DNA of 64,000 bases, taken from IMG/VR virus record IMGVR_UViG_3300027704_003386. The stretch is one strand, 5' to 3'. This document shows positions 18,121 through 27,350 of this stretch, one piece after another; the stretch's first letter is position 1, and the number at the start of each line of letters is the position of its first letter. Both the position numbers and the translations under genes were made by a program. Source of the DNA: an uncultured virus (IMG/VR IMGVR_UViG_3300027704_003386). Lineage: Duplodnaviria; Heunggongvirae; Uroviricota; Caudoviricetes. The notes beneath the pieces are model-generated. The model ran no database searches. It was not told where the DNA came from and saw only the letters and a list, made by a program, of their open reading frames with translations.

Positions 18121-18389
18121 TAAATTCCTTCCCCATAAAGGTCAAATAATTCAGGTTCTTTTTCTTCTACAATTTTTTCGTGTTCTATAATAGCATATAG
18201 TTTACCGTTGAGAGGTTCTAACCTATAGTGCCCTTTAAATTTAGTTTTTCTCAAATATGCCGTTAATGCCGGAACTAATCCTTCAATAACAGTAGACTGG
18301 TCTCTTTCCAGAACCCAATTATCTCCAGGAGCTTTTCTTTTAGCGATTAATACGTTTTCTTCTTCTATAACTGTTTCTATATTGCTCAT
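18120..18389 (-). CDS. hypothetical protein
   Basis: Translationally coupled ORF. Confidence 0.55.
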   Translation of the reverse strand: MSNIETVIEEENVLIAKRKAPGDNWVLERDQSTVIEGLVPALTAYLRKTKFKGHYRLEPLNGKLYAIIEHEKIVEEKEPELFDLYGEGI

Positions 18390-19210
18390 ACTACTGCTCT
18401 ACCTTTTAATTCTAACCAATCCTTATTCTCTCTTACTGTATCATTTAGTTCTAATACGCTTTCAAAAAAAATAGGGTCGATTCCTTTGCTTTTGTATAAA
18501 TAGACTAAAGCGTTAAGATCTTTAGGTAAGCAATGTCCTCCAAAGCCTAACTCCCCATCAGGGCCTGGTACTGCTAGATGTGCTTTTCCAATACGTGGAT
18601 CTAAAGTAGCATATTCAACAACTTTATCGTAATCTAGATTTATAGCTTCACATAACCTGTATACTTCATTAGCAAAAGTAACTTTAGTTGCTAAAAAAGC
18701 ATTAGTAAAGTACTTAACCATTTCAGCATGTGCTGCACCTGTTTTTACGATAGTAGCATTAGGAAATACTTTAACATATACTTGCTTAAGTAAAGTAGTA
18801 GAAGGTCTAGGACCTCCTAAAATAACTCTAGTAGTATTTTTAAAGTCTTCTTCTGCTGATACTTCAGATAAAAATTCAGGATTAAATACGATACTCATAT
18901 CTGAGTAAATTGAGTTTAATTCATCTGTGGTACCCGGTGGTACAGTAGACTTAATTACTATAGTTTCTCTATACCCCAAGAAATTAAGATCGTCTAATGC
19001 TTGTCTTAGTATATCGGTACTACAAGCTCCTGAAGATTCCATTGGGGTAGGTAAGCATAAAAATACTATTCCGCATTTTTGTACTATAATTTCTAAAGTA
19101 GAATTACACTTATCCTTATCTAGGTCATATGTAAATACTTCATAATAGCTTTTAAACTTTTTATAGATTGCATCACCTACAAAGCCTTGTCCTACAATTC
19201 CTATGTTCAT
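18386..19210 (-). CDS. UDP-glucose/GDP-mannose dehydrogenase family (short form)
   Basis: GQGFVG, CLPTP, IKSTVPPGT, NPEFL, AEMVK and GFGGHCLPKD. Confidence 0.9.
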   Translation of the reverse strand: MNIGIVGQGFVGDAIYKKFKSYYEVFTYDLDKDKCNSTLEIIVQKCGIVFLCLPTPMESSGACSTDILRQALDDLNFLGYRETIVIKSTVPPGTTDELNSIYSDMSIVFNPEFLSEVSAEEDFKNTTRVILGGPRPSTTLLKQVYVKVFPNATIVKTGAAHAEMVKYFTNAFLATKVTFANEVYRLCEAINLDYDKVVEYATLDPRIGKAHLAVPGPDGELGFGGHCLPKDLNALVYLYKSKGIDPIFFESVLELNDTVRENKDWLELKGRAVV

Positions 19211-19213
19211 AAC

Positions 19214-20119
19214 TTATTGACGTAGAGTTTTTCTAATACAAAACATTGGGTTAGTAAAAAACTCTGGTATTAGCATTTGGTGGGTTGCTCTAATAGGGTT
19301 AATATCTATTCCTCCTCTGCGGGTATACAGACAAGCAACCATTAATTGTTCTGGTTTGAATCTTTCTGTTAAGTGAGAATAAATCATTTCGCATATCTCT
19401 TCATGAAAGTGACTTACTGTTCTATGACTAACTATGTATTTAGCAAGAGATTCTGCGGTAGGTACTTCATCTCCTTTGATAAAGATAAATATATCTCCCC
19501 AATCTGGTTGATCAGTTACTCTACAATTAGAACGTAATAAATTTGATCGAACCTTAAGTTCTCGAGCATCAATAGAACCTTCTAACTGATTAGCATCTGA
19601 TTTAAATGCTGTAAAATCGATTGCATCTAAATTAGCTAATTCTCCAATTTCTTCGAATTCTTCAGAAAAAGACAAGGTTTCCATTTCAAAATCAGAAGAA
19701 TAGAAACTAACTGTAGTTATAGTATCAAGTAGTTCATCTAAATCTCTCTTTATTCTTGCTTCAATTCCTGCGATGCAGTCTGCTGCATTGTCACCTATCT
19801 TAGTCATATTAAATGAATTAAGATAAAGTTTAATCGATTTAGACTCAACGTGGTTTTCACTATCAGCCGGACATACTATTTTAACCATACCGGCAACAGG
19901 TTGACCTTTTGTAGTAATAGCAGAAACTTCATAAGCATTCCATGTATCTACACCTACGAATTCCTTACCTGTTAATCCATATCCTTCTCGATTAAGATAT
20001 CTTGGTATCTTAACTAAAAGTTCTGGAGAGTAAGTATCTTTATAACCTGCTCCGCCTACAGTTCCTAAATGTTTGGATGCAATATCCTTTACTTGTTCGT
20101 AATTTTTAACTTCTGACAT
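19214..20119 (-). CDS. queF: 7-cyano-7-deazaguanine (preQ0) reductase, bimodular
   Basis: QueF motif ESKSIKLYLNSF, SNCRVTDQPDWG, FHEEICE and YTRRGGIDINP. Confidence 0.93.
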   Translation of the reverse strand: MSEVKNYEQVKDIASKHLGTVGGAGYKDTYSPELLVKIPRYLNREGYGLTGKEFVGVDTWNAYEVSAITTKGQPVAGMVKIVCPADSENHVESKSIKLYLNSFNMTKIGDNAADCIAGIEARIKRDLDELLDTITTVSFYSSDFEMETLSFSEEFEEIGELANLDAIDFTAFKSDANQLEGSIDARELKVRSNLLRSNCRVTDQPDWGDIFIFIKGDEVPTAESLAKYIVSHRTVSHFHEEICEMIYSHLTERFKPEQLMVACLYTRRGGIDINPIRATHQMLIPEFFTNPMFCIRKTLRQ

Positions 20120-20121
20120 AA

Positions 20122-20493
20122 TTATCCTTTAAATATTTGTTTTTTACCACCTTCGTATTGATAAGCGTGGCCATTCTCTACCAGTAGTTTATTTAATGAG
20201 GTTTCTTCTCCGTCGATATCAATAAAAATCTCAGCAAGTATTCGACCGTACTTCCCTTTACCGTAAGATTGAATAACAAACTTACCATCATTCATCTCCA
20301 TATATTTCTCAGTAAATTTAGAAGCTTCTATACCTTTAGCTTTCTCTTCTAAATTTCTAGTTCTCTTTTCCCAAGTATCAACTCCTTTAAATCTTAATCT
20401 GGCTCTAACCCAAGTATCAAATCCTAGATCGATCATTACATCTGCTGTATCACCATCAACTACTCTTAATAATTTTGCTCCGTATTTATACAT
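20122..20493 (-). CDS. thermonuclease (SNase-like)
   Basis: RVVDGDT, RLRFKGVDT.E, GKYGRILA and LVENGHA. Confidence 0.85.
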   Translation of the reverse strand: MYKYGAKLLRVVDGDTADVMIDLGFDTWVRARLRFKGVDTWEKRTRNLEEKAKGIEASKFTEKYMEMNDGKFVIQSYGKGKYGRILAEIFIDIDGEETSLNKLLVENGHAYQYEGGKKQIFKG

Positions 20494-21007
20494 TTATAAA
20501 ATTTAATATTTGCTCTACTCTTTGCATAGGAGAGCCAGTTATCGTCAAATAAGGTTGACGTACGTCTTCTAATACTGCTTTAAACTCTTCATCAATATCT
20601 ACTCTCCACTTTTCATTTATACTTCTAACTCCATCATCTACAGAATCAAATTCTATAGGAAAATAAATATAATGAGTATACTCGTTTTTAATCCTATTCC
20701 AAGTAGCATCTATATATTTCCACGTCTCTTCTGATACGTTATCCATAAATCTTGTATATACTACAACATCCATAAAGCATCTATCGAGTACTTGATTATA
20801 AGGTTGTAATAAAGCTTCTAAATGAAAACAACTAATAGCTAATTGAGTAGCATCAGTTCCTTTTTCATTGATAGGAAAACCATAAGAACCTACCGTTCTA
20901 GTAGATTCGTTAACAAAGTCGTACTTTGGTAATTTATTCTTTAGTAATTCATACACAGTAGTCTTACCTGTACTACTAGCTCCTACTAACGCAATTCTCT
21001 TTGTCAT
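20486..21007 (-). CDS. P-loop nucleotide kinase-like (NadR/AAA_28-type)
   Basis: GASSTGKTT, ESTR, LDRCFMD and DDGVR. Confidence 0.75.
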   Translation of the reverse strand: MTKRIALVGASSTGKTTVYELLKNKLPKYDFVNESTRTVGSYGFPINEKGTDATQLAISCFHLEALLQPYNQVLDRCFMDVVVYTRFMDNVSEETWKYIDATWNRIKNEYTHYIYFPIEFDSVDDGVRSINEKWRVDIDEEFKAVLEDVRQPYLTITGSPMQRVEQILNFINV

Positions 21008-21039
21008 ACAACCTTTTTATTTAATACAATATACGAACT

Positions 21040-21609
21040 TTATTTTTTATTACCGAATAATTCATTAGCAAATTCAATCCAAAGATATAGAGACCTATCT
21101 TTAAATACTTTCCACATCTCTTCTTCAGTTATACTAAATGCATTAAACCTAATTTCTTTTAGAACTTTTCCTTCATCTACTCCTTCTACTACTTTGTGTA
21201 TTACACATCCCATAACTTCATGCTTAGCTTCAAAAGCTCTAATTTGAGGATCCTTTCCTTTTAATTCTGGGTAGACAGTTATTAGTCCTGGATGACCGTT
21301 AAATATGTTGAAGCTTTGAGTAACTTCAGAAGGTAGAATTCTCAGCCAACCGTGTAATGTAATAATCGCATCTGGAAAATACTGAAGTACGTCTAGATAT
21401 TCATTCACTTTAGGTTTATTACTAAAGGTAAAATATCCTTTTTCTTCTATTCTAGGATCTATAGTTCTAGCATCATTAGGTCTCTCATTAGTAATAATAC
21501 GGGATGGCCACTTACCTGTGCTTTCAGCAAGATCAGCTATTTCTGCTCCTGTTTGAGAGAAAAAAGCAATCCAGGTTTGTTTGCCAGATTTAATTTTTAT
21601 ATCTTTCAT
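21040..21609 (-). CDS. PurN-like formyltransferase (probable DpdN-type preQ1 formyltransferase)
   Basis: FSQTG, GWLRIL, NGHPGL and HKVVEGVDEG formyltransferase motifs; coupled to the DpdA-like gene. Confidence 0.75.
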   Translation of the reverse strand: MKDIKIKSGKQTWIAFFSQTGAEIADLAESTGKWPSRIITNERPNDARTIDPRIEEKGYFTFSNKPKVNEYLDVLQYFPDAIITLHGWLRILPSEVTQSFNIFNGHPGLITVYPELKGKDPQIRAFEAKHEVMGCVIHKVVEGVDEGKVLKEIRFNAFSITEEEMWKVFKDRSLYLWIEFANELFGNKK

Positions 21610-22424
21610 ATTCCTGCTATAGGTGTTGATCCATTAACGAACCACCTAAATTTCTGTATATTATTTAATACGGTGGGTATTTCTATATCGTCAATATCTG
21701 TGTTAATAAGTTCGAATAACTTCTGCGATTCTTTACTCCATAAGCCATCAGATCCGTAAGTTATGTCTTTTAATCCGTGTACTACAGGATTTGAAGTATC
21801 TAAAGAGTATATCCAACTGTAGTCTAAATGTTTATAGTACGAAAATTCCTGGGGAAGTGAACATCCTAATAAGTGATGAGGTTTATCTTTATTAATAACA
21901 CCGTCTCTAAGTAAATCTCCAAGTAGCTTAACACGTCCTAGCATCCAACTAACGTATTTATTAGGATGAGGAAAAGACTCAGTATAATACGAATAATCAA
22001 AGGATATAGCAATCATATCACAAGGTGATAATTCATCTATAGCTTTATAACAGTCTTTAATTTCCTGATAAGTCTTACCTTGAACCACCCCTATACTCTT
22101 ACCCGGTACATTATTATACTTTTTAAACCAGCTAGCCATTTGCGACATAGTTTTTTCAGCATTTTCTAAAGCATCTGGTACTATATACCATGTAGGTTTA
22201 AGCAATTGTACCCAGTTAGAAAACTTATCAGCATCAAAGGCTTCTTCTAATTCAAAAATAGAGTTGTCTAATATTACTTCTCTTCCTTTTCTTACTGCTT
22301 TTTCAAACTGCCTTAAGTATTCTGGATCTTCTTCTAGTAAATGTACTAATGCATAGTCATAATCAGTTAGTCTTTGAACTTCATCAAAAATACTATTCGG
22401 AGATTCATGAGCAATCTTAATCAT
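21606..22424 (-). CDS. dpdA: TGT-fold 7-deazaguanine enzyme (DpdA/DpdA3-like)
   Basis: ILDNSIFE, IVPD, GVVQG, HLLG and SLDTS mirror TGT catalytic segments; lies inside the que locus. Confidence 0.7.
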   Translation of the reverse strand: MIKIAHESPNSIFDEVQRLTDYDYALVHLLEEDPEYLRQFEKAVRKGREVILDNSIFELEEAFDADKFSNWVQLLKPTWYIVPDALENAEKTMSQMASWFKKYNNVPGKSIGVVQGKTYQEIKDCYKAIDELSPCDMIAISFDYSYYTESFPHPNKYVSWMLGRVKLLGDLLRDGVINKDKPHHLLGCSLPQEFSYYKHLDYSWIYSLDTSNPVVHGLKDITYGSDGLWSKESQKLFELINTDIDDIEIPTVLNNIQKFRWFVNGSTPIAGI

Positions 22425-22602
22425 CTTTATTAATTTCCTTTAAAGCGTTATTTAATAATTCTATTGAGCTATCTACTTTTAAAGCAGCATTATTAAGCTT
22501 AGCAGTATAATTGCTTACTTCTTTAATAGCTTTTTCAGCTATTTCTACTGGGATCATTTCTACTCCTTCTACTACTACGATATTTTCTTTCCATGTATTC
22601 AT
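22417..22602 (-). CDS. hypothetical protein
   Basis: Coupled short ORF. Confidence 0.5.
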   Translation of the reverse strand: MNTWKENIVVVEGVEMIPVEIAEKAIKEVSNYTAKLNNAALKVDSSIELLNNALKEINKDD

Positions 22603-23171
22603 ATCCCTAAGTGTTGCTGTGGTCTAGTTTTAACAATTTCATCATCTGTAAAGAATTGTTTAAGGTCCGGTCTGAAGTAGTTAGTGCTTTTCATTACTTT
22701 TCTATCTCTAGTACGGTAGACAATATACCGTCCTTCCTCAATCTTTTCAAAATGACAGGCCTCACCTTGTTCCTTACTTCTTTGGCGGACGGTCTGTATG
22801 GCTTCTTTTTCAGTTTCACAAGCTTTTGACATATTAGAGGCTTGTACTTCTTGATATGCTGGCCATATCTTGTTCTTAAGGCCATGTAGCATAGTACCGT
22901 TCCCAAGGGAAACATAAGTAATATCGCACAAAGCATCCAAAATTTCCACAATGTCTCCTCTTTCGCAAGCTTCTTTATATTCTTGGAGCTCTTCAAGGAT
23001 AAAGTCGTAAACAAATCTCCATTCTTTTTCACTAGGGATAGTTGGTTCATAGTTATTAGGTTTGTTAAACGTTTTGTTAAACTCTTCTACTTCATCTACG
23101 AAAGGAACTCCGTTAACCCATACGGGTAATACTTTTTCTTCTACTTCAAATAATGATAGTTGCTCACCCAT
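22599..23171 (-). CDS. MazG-like/PRA-PH nucleoside triphosphate pyrophosphohydrolase
   Basis: EELQEY, EILDALCDITYV and EVQASNMSK. Confidence 0.8.
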   Translation of the reverse strand: MGEQLSLFEVEEKVLPVWVNGVPFVDEVEEFNKTFNKPNNYEPTIPSEKEWRFVYDFILEELQEYKEACERGDIVEILDALCDITYVSLGNGTMLHGLKNKIWPAYQEVQASNMSKACETEKEAIQTVRQRSKEQGEACHFEKIEEGRYIVYRTRDRKVMKSTNYFRPDLKQFFTDDEIVKTRPQQHLGI

Positions 23172-23172
23172 A

Positions 23173-23373
23173 TTAGATTACTTTTAAAATTCTTGATTCT
23201 GTAAGGCTTATGATTCTGAAATCTCTTTCTCCTTCGTTTTCTAAGTACTTATAAACTTTAGATTCAGCTTCAGTACCGCCCATAGCGTCAACCAAATAAA
23301 TTTCTTTTACTTTTTGAATACGACCTCTATCGTTTTCTCTTTCAAACTGGGTAGTAACTTGCCAATATGTCAT
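23173..23373 (-). CDS. DUF4494-like protein
   Basis: G.IQKVKEIYLVDA...TEAE resembles the Bacteroidota DUF4494 N-terminus (from recall). Confidence 0.55.
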   Translation of the reverse strand: MTYWQVTTQFERENDRGRIQKVKEIYLVDAMGGTEAESKVYKYLENEGERDFRIISLTESRILKVI

Positions 23374-23426
23374 AATAATGCTTTTTTAATTTAATTTAAT
23401 ATACGATTAATTTTACTTCTATACAA

Positions 23427-23795
23427 CTATTCTCTATTATAGTCATCTTCATATCTGATTATGTCTGATTCATCAAATATACCTGCATTACTATGCTGCA
23501 CTTCAATAAAAATCATATCTTTGTTATCCTGTACGTTATTAATATTTCTTATTCTATGTTTAGCTCCTTCTGGTATATAAACAGTATTCTTCTCCGTCAA
23601 AACACTATCTGAGCCATCTAAAGTATATCCTGCCATTCCCTGTACTATAGTCCAAGTCTCTGATCTATGTTTATGAGATTGATAGGATAGTTGTCCGCCA
23701 GGTTTAACTGTAATCATTTTTACCTTACAAAAAGGACTATCAAGTAAAACTTGATACTCCCCCCAAGGTCTTATATCATGTTCTAATGTCTGCAT
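23427..23795 (-). CDS. mannose-6-phosphate isomerase type II cupin
   Basis: RPWGEY, LSYQSHKHRSETW, HRIRN, FIEVQ and DIIRYED. Confidence 0.85.
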   Translation of the reverse strand: MQTLEHDIRPWGEYQVLLDSPFCKVKMITVKPGGQLSYQSHKHRSETWTIVQGMAGYTLDGSDSVLTEKNTVYIPEGAKHRIRNINNVQDNKDMIFIEVQHSNAGIFDESDIIRYEDDYNRE

Positions 23796-24496
23796 ATACT
23801 TGCTAATTCTATATTCTTATAAAACTCTGCTTTTGCAGAATCCTCATCTAAAAATGCTCCTGTTAACTTAGCTGTCTGCATTGAAGCTCCTTGATGCTTT
23901 ACTCCTCTACAGCTTACACAGTTATGAGTAGCATTAATTTGAACTGCTACTCCTAAATTACCATCACAAATTTTATTAACAGCATTATGTATGGCAACTG
24001 TTAATTGTTCTTGAATGGCTCCTCTTCTTCCAAATTGTTCTACTATTCTATTTAATTTGGATAATCCAACAACCTTCCCAGACTCTGAAGCAATATAGGC
24101 TATGCTAACAGTCCCACCTATTGTTTGGTGGTGGTGACTACACATTGACGTTACAGGTATATTAGACTCTTGTACGATTCCGTCGTAGCCGTCGCTAGGG
24201 AATGCTGTAACTCGGTCTAAAGGTTCAAATCTACCTTTCCATAGATCATTAACGTATGCTTTAGCTACTCTCATAGGAGTATCAGAAGAGTTGGGATCGT
24301 TTTCCCAGTCAGTTCCAAGAGCGGTTAAGAAGTCACCAAATGCTGTTGCTGCATTAGTAATAATCTCTTGTTTCTCTTCTGATGATAACCTTGCTTCAGG
24401 TCCTTCGGTTAGTTGTTTCTTTGCTAATTGACTGGATATACCATTAGCGAATCCAGCTTGAACTAATTCTGTTCCTTCTATAAACTTCTTTGCCAT
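23783..24496 (-). CDS. folE: GTP cyclohydrolase I
   Basis: DTPMRVAKAY, SMCSHH, GLSKLNR, IQEQLT and HNCVSCRGV. Confidence 0.95.
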   Translation of the reverse strand: MAKKFIEGTELVQAGFANGISSQLAKKQLTEGPEARLSSEEKQEIITNAATAFGDFLTALGTDWENDPNSSDTPMRVAKAYVNDLWKGRFEPLDRVTAFPSDGYDGIVQESNIPVTSMCSHHHQTIGGTVSIAYIASESGKVVGLSKLNRIVEQFGRRGAIQEQLTVAIHNAVNKICDGNLGVAVQINATHNCVSCRGVKHQGASMQTAKLTGAFLDEDSAKAEFYKNIELASICRH

Positions 24497-24529
24497 TCTT
24501 ATAACTTATTTATACTTAAATATACGATT

Positions 24530-24934
24530 TTATTTTGTAGTATCCAAATAACCTTGTATGGTTTTTGAATCTTTTTTTTCCCAAGGGTAAACTATCCATT
24601 CAGGTCCTATATGCTGTGCAAAATAATCTGGTTTAAATGTAGATTGTTTTTTATAATGAAGTGTTGCATATAAAGGTTGGGGGAACTTATACTGAAACTG
24701 TTTTAAAGTTTCTCCTGTATCAGCTATATCATCAAGTACTAATAGGCTTGGATAATGATTGCTTGGGTTTTCCATATACTCAATTCCGAACCTATGTGAG
24801 TAGAGTATTGCTAAAATCGTACCTCCTCTTGGTACTCCTGTAACGTATCCTACCTGTCCTTTTGTCTGTTGGTATATATTATCTAGAAGGGAGTTTATAT
24901 CTTCCCACGTTAAAAAAACTTTCTTTACGCTCAT
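24530..24934 (-). CDS. Gpt/Hpt-like purine phosphoribosyltransferase
   Basis: VPRGG, LVLDDIADTGETL, PDYF and WIVYPWE; start reassigned to ATG 24934, coupled to the upstream stop. Confidence 0.8.
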   Translation of the reverse strand: MSVKKVFLTWEDINSLLDNIYQQTKGQVGYVTGVPRGGTILAILYSHRFGIEYMENPSNHYPSLLVLDDIADTGETLKQFQYKFPQPLYATLHYKKQSTFKPDYFAQHIGPEWIVYPWEKKDSKTIQGYLDTTK

Positions 24935-25065
24935 ACAATATTTGTTGTCCAAAACTGGTTATCGATTATATAACTCTGATCTTTACTTTTCCAGTATAAT
25001 TCTCTTACTTTACTTCCTAATTCTTGATCGTTAGGATTTTCTTCTACTAATTTATTAAGGTTCAT
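24931..25065 (-). CDS. small hypothetical protein (44 aa), not in the ORF track
   Basis: MNLNKLVEENPNDQELGSKVRELYW...; its TGA overlaps the PRTase ATG. Confidence 0.6.
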   Translation of the reverse strand: MNLNKLVEENPNDQELGSKVRELYWKSKDQSYIIDNQFWTTNIV

Positions 25066-25366
25066 AATTTAATCCAAAAAATTTATAATTGTTTTTAACT
25101 GCTTCTAATTCTCCTGCTTCTATTGCATCTTCTTCTGTTTCGTATATAGCCTCAACTGGGCATTCTGGAATACAGGCTCCGCAATCTATACATTCGTCTG
25201 GGTTAATATATAGGCTTTTGCCTATCAATTGCTCTTTAGTCATATTCGCAACTTCTGCTCCTGCACCTTCAATATCTATAGGACCATGTATACAATCTAC
25301 AGGACAAACAGCAACACAAGCTGTATCACATGTACTAATACAGGGACTTCCTATAATGTAGCTCAT
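25055..25366 (-). CDS. dicluster ferredoxin
   Basis: CISTCDTACVAVCPVDCI and CIDCGACIPECPV. Confidence 0.92.
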   Translation of the reverse strand: MSYIIGSPCISTCDTACVAVCPVDCIHGPIDIEGAGAEVANMTKEQLIGKSLYINPDECIDCGACIPECPVEAIYETEEDAIEAGELEAVKNNYKFFGLNYEP

Positions 25367-25599
25367 AAAGTAACTTTTTTCATAAATTTGTTTACAGCAT
25401 CTGTAGAGGATGTTCCGGTTGCTATATCCTCTGTAACTATTAGAGCACCATATAGGTTAGACATTATCTCCCCAATCACGTCTAGTTCTTCACTAGTAAC
25501 TTTTCTTGCTTCTGAGATGTCTTCTAATACCTTTAAAGTAATATTAATTTCATCTTCGTTAGAAGTTTTTACGATTTGTTTAATTACTTGTAGTTTCAT
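25363..25599 (-). CDS. small helical protein resembling a conserved Bacteroidota family
   Basis: MKL.VIK...LEVLE...ELDVIGE..SNLYGAL pattern. Confidence 0.5.
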   Translation of the reverse strand: MKLQVIKQIVKTSNEDEINITLKVLEDISEARKVTSEELDVIGEIMSNLYGALIVTEDIATGTSSTDAVNKFMKKVTL

Positions 25600-25617
25600 T
25601 ATAAGTTATTTATTAGG

Positions 25618-26397
25618 TTATACTTCTCTTTGATCCTCAAATGCTATAATATGTGGTCTCCAAGTCATCCTATATCCATTATCTCTAACCCAATCAAATA
25701 GTACCGGGTAAGATTTAAATAAAGCTTCTCTTGAATCTCCACTTGGCATAAACCAGACTTTATCCTGAGGTACTTCTAAAATACCTATGCATTCTAATAT
25801 CTCCTGTAATGCGAAATCATCCTTTCCGTCCCATACAGGTTTAATATGGTAGTCTGCATGGTATGCTATACTCTTTTTCATTGCATCATAATTAAGCCTA
25901 AACTTATTATGCTGTTTAATCATCCTTTCGTCAGTAATCTTACCTTGTGGTGTTGCCACTCCAAGTACAGGTACCGAATTAGAGAACTTGGGACTGATCG
26001 AAAGCAGATTGATAGGATAATCCGTAGGTACAAAATGACTACCTTCATTCTCCATTGTAATAAAAATATTTTTTTCATTTGCAAAATGTGTTAGTTCATT
26101 AACCAGTTTACCATGCATAGAAGGTGAACCTCCTGTAAGCATCATTTCTTTTATATGAGGATTTTTCTCATATGCTTTAATAATGTCATTAAAGTTATAT
26201 TGACCTTTATCTGGATGTATTGATGTATACCAGCTATCACACCAGCCACCTTCTCCAAAATAACATCTGTGAGTACATCCTGTGGTTCTAATTACTACTG
26301 TAGGGTACCCTGCTCTTGATCCTTCAGATTGAACAGCAGTATATATCTCTACAATAGGTAAATTCTTATCATAATCTACTACTCTACCTAGGCTCAT
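25618..26397 (-). CDS. queE: 7-carboxy-7-deazaguanine synthase (radical SAM)
   Basis: EIYTAVQSEG.RAG.P.V.IRT.GC, LTGGSP and ISPK; adjacent to queD. Confidence 0.9.
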   Translation of the reverse strand: MSLGRVVDYDKNLPIVEIYTAVQSEGSRAGYPTVVIRTTGCTHRCYFGEGGWCDSWYTSIHPDKGQYNFNDIIKAYEKNPHIKEMMLTGGSPSMHGKLVNELTHFANEKNIFITMENEGSHFVPTDYPINLLSISPKFSNSVPVLGVATPQGKITDERMIKQHNKFRLNYDAMKKSIAYHADYHIKPVWDGKDDFALQEILECIGILEVPQDKVWFMPSGDSREALFKSYPVLFDWVRDNGYRMTWRPHIIAFEDQREV

Positions 26398-26851
26398 ATG
26401 TTGCTGTATTTTTAGCGTGTTCTCTAAATTCTACTTTTGATATTTTTACTCTTCCTTCAGTTTCTGCCTCAATAAAAGGATTTAATTTATCAAATATAAA
26501 CTGTGAAAATCTTTCTCCTCCTGTTGCTGGTATTACTCTTATTTGAGCTACACCTGCATCATCCATTTTTTTAAATGATTCTAAGAAAGGATCATCTTCG
26601 GCTACTATAAAAGTATGGTCAAACATATAGTCCATCCACTCTTTAGCAGACATACCATCAATCTTCCCTTTCGCCCTTTTCATTCCTCCGAAATCCCATA
26701 CCCAGTTTCTTTCGTCTAAATCTCCTTCAAACCAAATTTTAAAAGAAATACCGTAACCGTGTAAAAACCTACAGTGAGTAGTTTCAGCTTTCCATTGTCT
26801 AAAGACTGTACTGAATCCTTCAAATACTTTTGTTGATTTAAATTTACTCAT
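26384..26851 (-). CDS. queD: 6-carboxytetrahydropterin synthase
   Basis: HCRFLHGY, WVWDFG, FDH and E..KN; start reassigned to MSKFKS (ATG 26851). Confidence 0.9.
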   Translation of the reverse strand: MSKFKSTKVFEGFSTVFRQWKAETTHCRFLHGYGISFKIWFEGDLDERNWVWDFGGMKRAKGKIDGMSAKEWMDYMFDHTFIVAEDDPFLESFKKMDDAGVAQIRVIPATGGERFSQFIFDKLNPFIEAETEGRVKISKVEFREHAKNTATYEPR

Positions 26852-27008
26852 GCTTACAACTTTTTTTATGATTAAACATTCCTCCACATTTACATTTTAT
26901 ATATGTAACTGCTGCCAATACCATTGGACTTCCTGCTAGTAAGGTAAGTGCGTTAGGATGCCAATGATCCCCGCAAATGCCTACTGCGTGCTTTAAAATT
27001 TCTATCAT
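26844..27008 (-). CDS. small Cys/His-rich membrane protein (54 aa), not in the ORF track
   Basis: MIEILKHAVGICGDHWHPNALTLLAG...KCKCGGMFNHKKSCKHE; overlaps both neighbours. Confidence 0.6.
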   Translation of the reverse strand: MIEILKHAVGICGDHWHPNALTLLAGSPMVLAAVTYIKCKCGGMFNHKKSCKHE

Positions 27009-27268
27009 ACTAATTCCTCTATTATACCAATTACTTCAGAAACAATTAAAACACTAGCTGCTGCTAATAAGTTAATAGGTATAAGTATATAACCAAATAT
27101 ACGAATTCCTGACTTAATAAACGACACTATCTGGTGTTTTTTTGCGTCTGGGTAGTTAATAAAGGAGTCTGGTAAAGGGTTTGAGTTTTGTCTGTTGAGT
27201 AGATACTCTTCGTTTGTAACTCTTCTTGACTCTACATCGTAGAGTTCTTTTTCAATTATACTATTCAT
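27005..27268 (-). CDS. small membrane protein, first gene of the que operon
   Basis: PDAKKHQIVSFIKSGIRI followed by hydrophobic helices ending EELV. Confidence 0.65.
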   Translation of the reverse strand: MNSIIEKELYDVESRRVTNEEYLLNRQNSNPLPDSFINYPDAKKHQIVSFIKSGIRIFGYILIPINLLAAASVLIVSEVIGIIEELV

Positions 27269-27302
27269 ATTTCGTGTTTTTAAAGTGGTGCTGTGACACT
27301 AT
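27269..27302 (-). promoter_or_regulatory. candidate preQ1-I-like riboswitch aptamer
   Basis: AGUG-UCACAGCAC-CACU-UUAAAAACACGAA lies between the promoter and the first ATG of the queD/queE operon. Confidence 0.4.
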
Positions 27303-27320
27303 GTCTTATATTTATATTAC

Positions 27321-27350
27321 AATATAAGAAGAAAAAGGGTAGTAAACAAC
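27321..27350 (-). promoter_or_regulatory. Bacteroidota sigma70-type promoter (representative copy)
   Basis: GTTG-N17-TCTTATATT; 13 copies of the proximal element found in intergenic positions. Confidence 0.7.

Noticed and set aside
21040..21609. Ordinary purN of purine biosynthesis
   Set aside because: No other pur genes, divergent motifs (SQTG, GHPGL) and coupling to the DpdA-like gene favour a deazaguanine formyltransferase; not formally excluded.
27309..27316. Sense-strand T4 late promoter TATAAATA
   Set aside because: It is the only intergenic instance I noticed in that orientation and sits in AT-rich DNA next to another promoter; likely chance.
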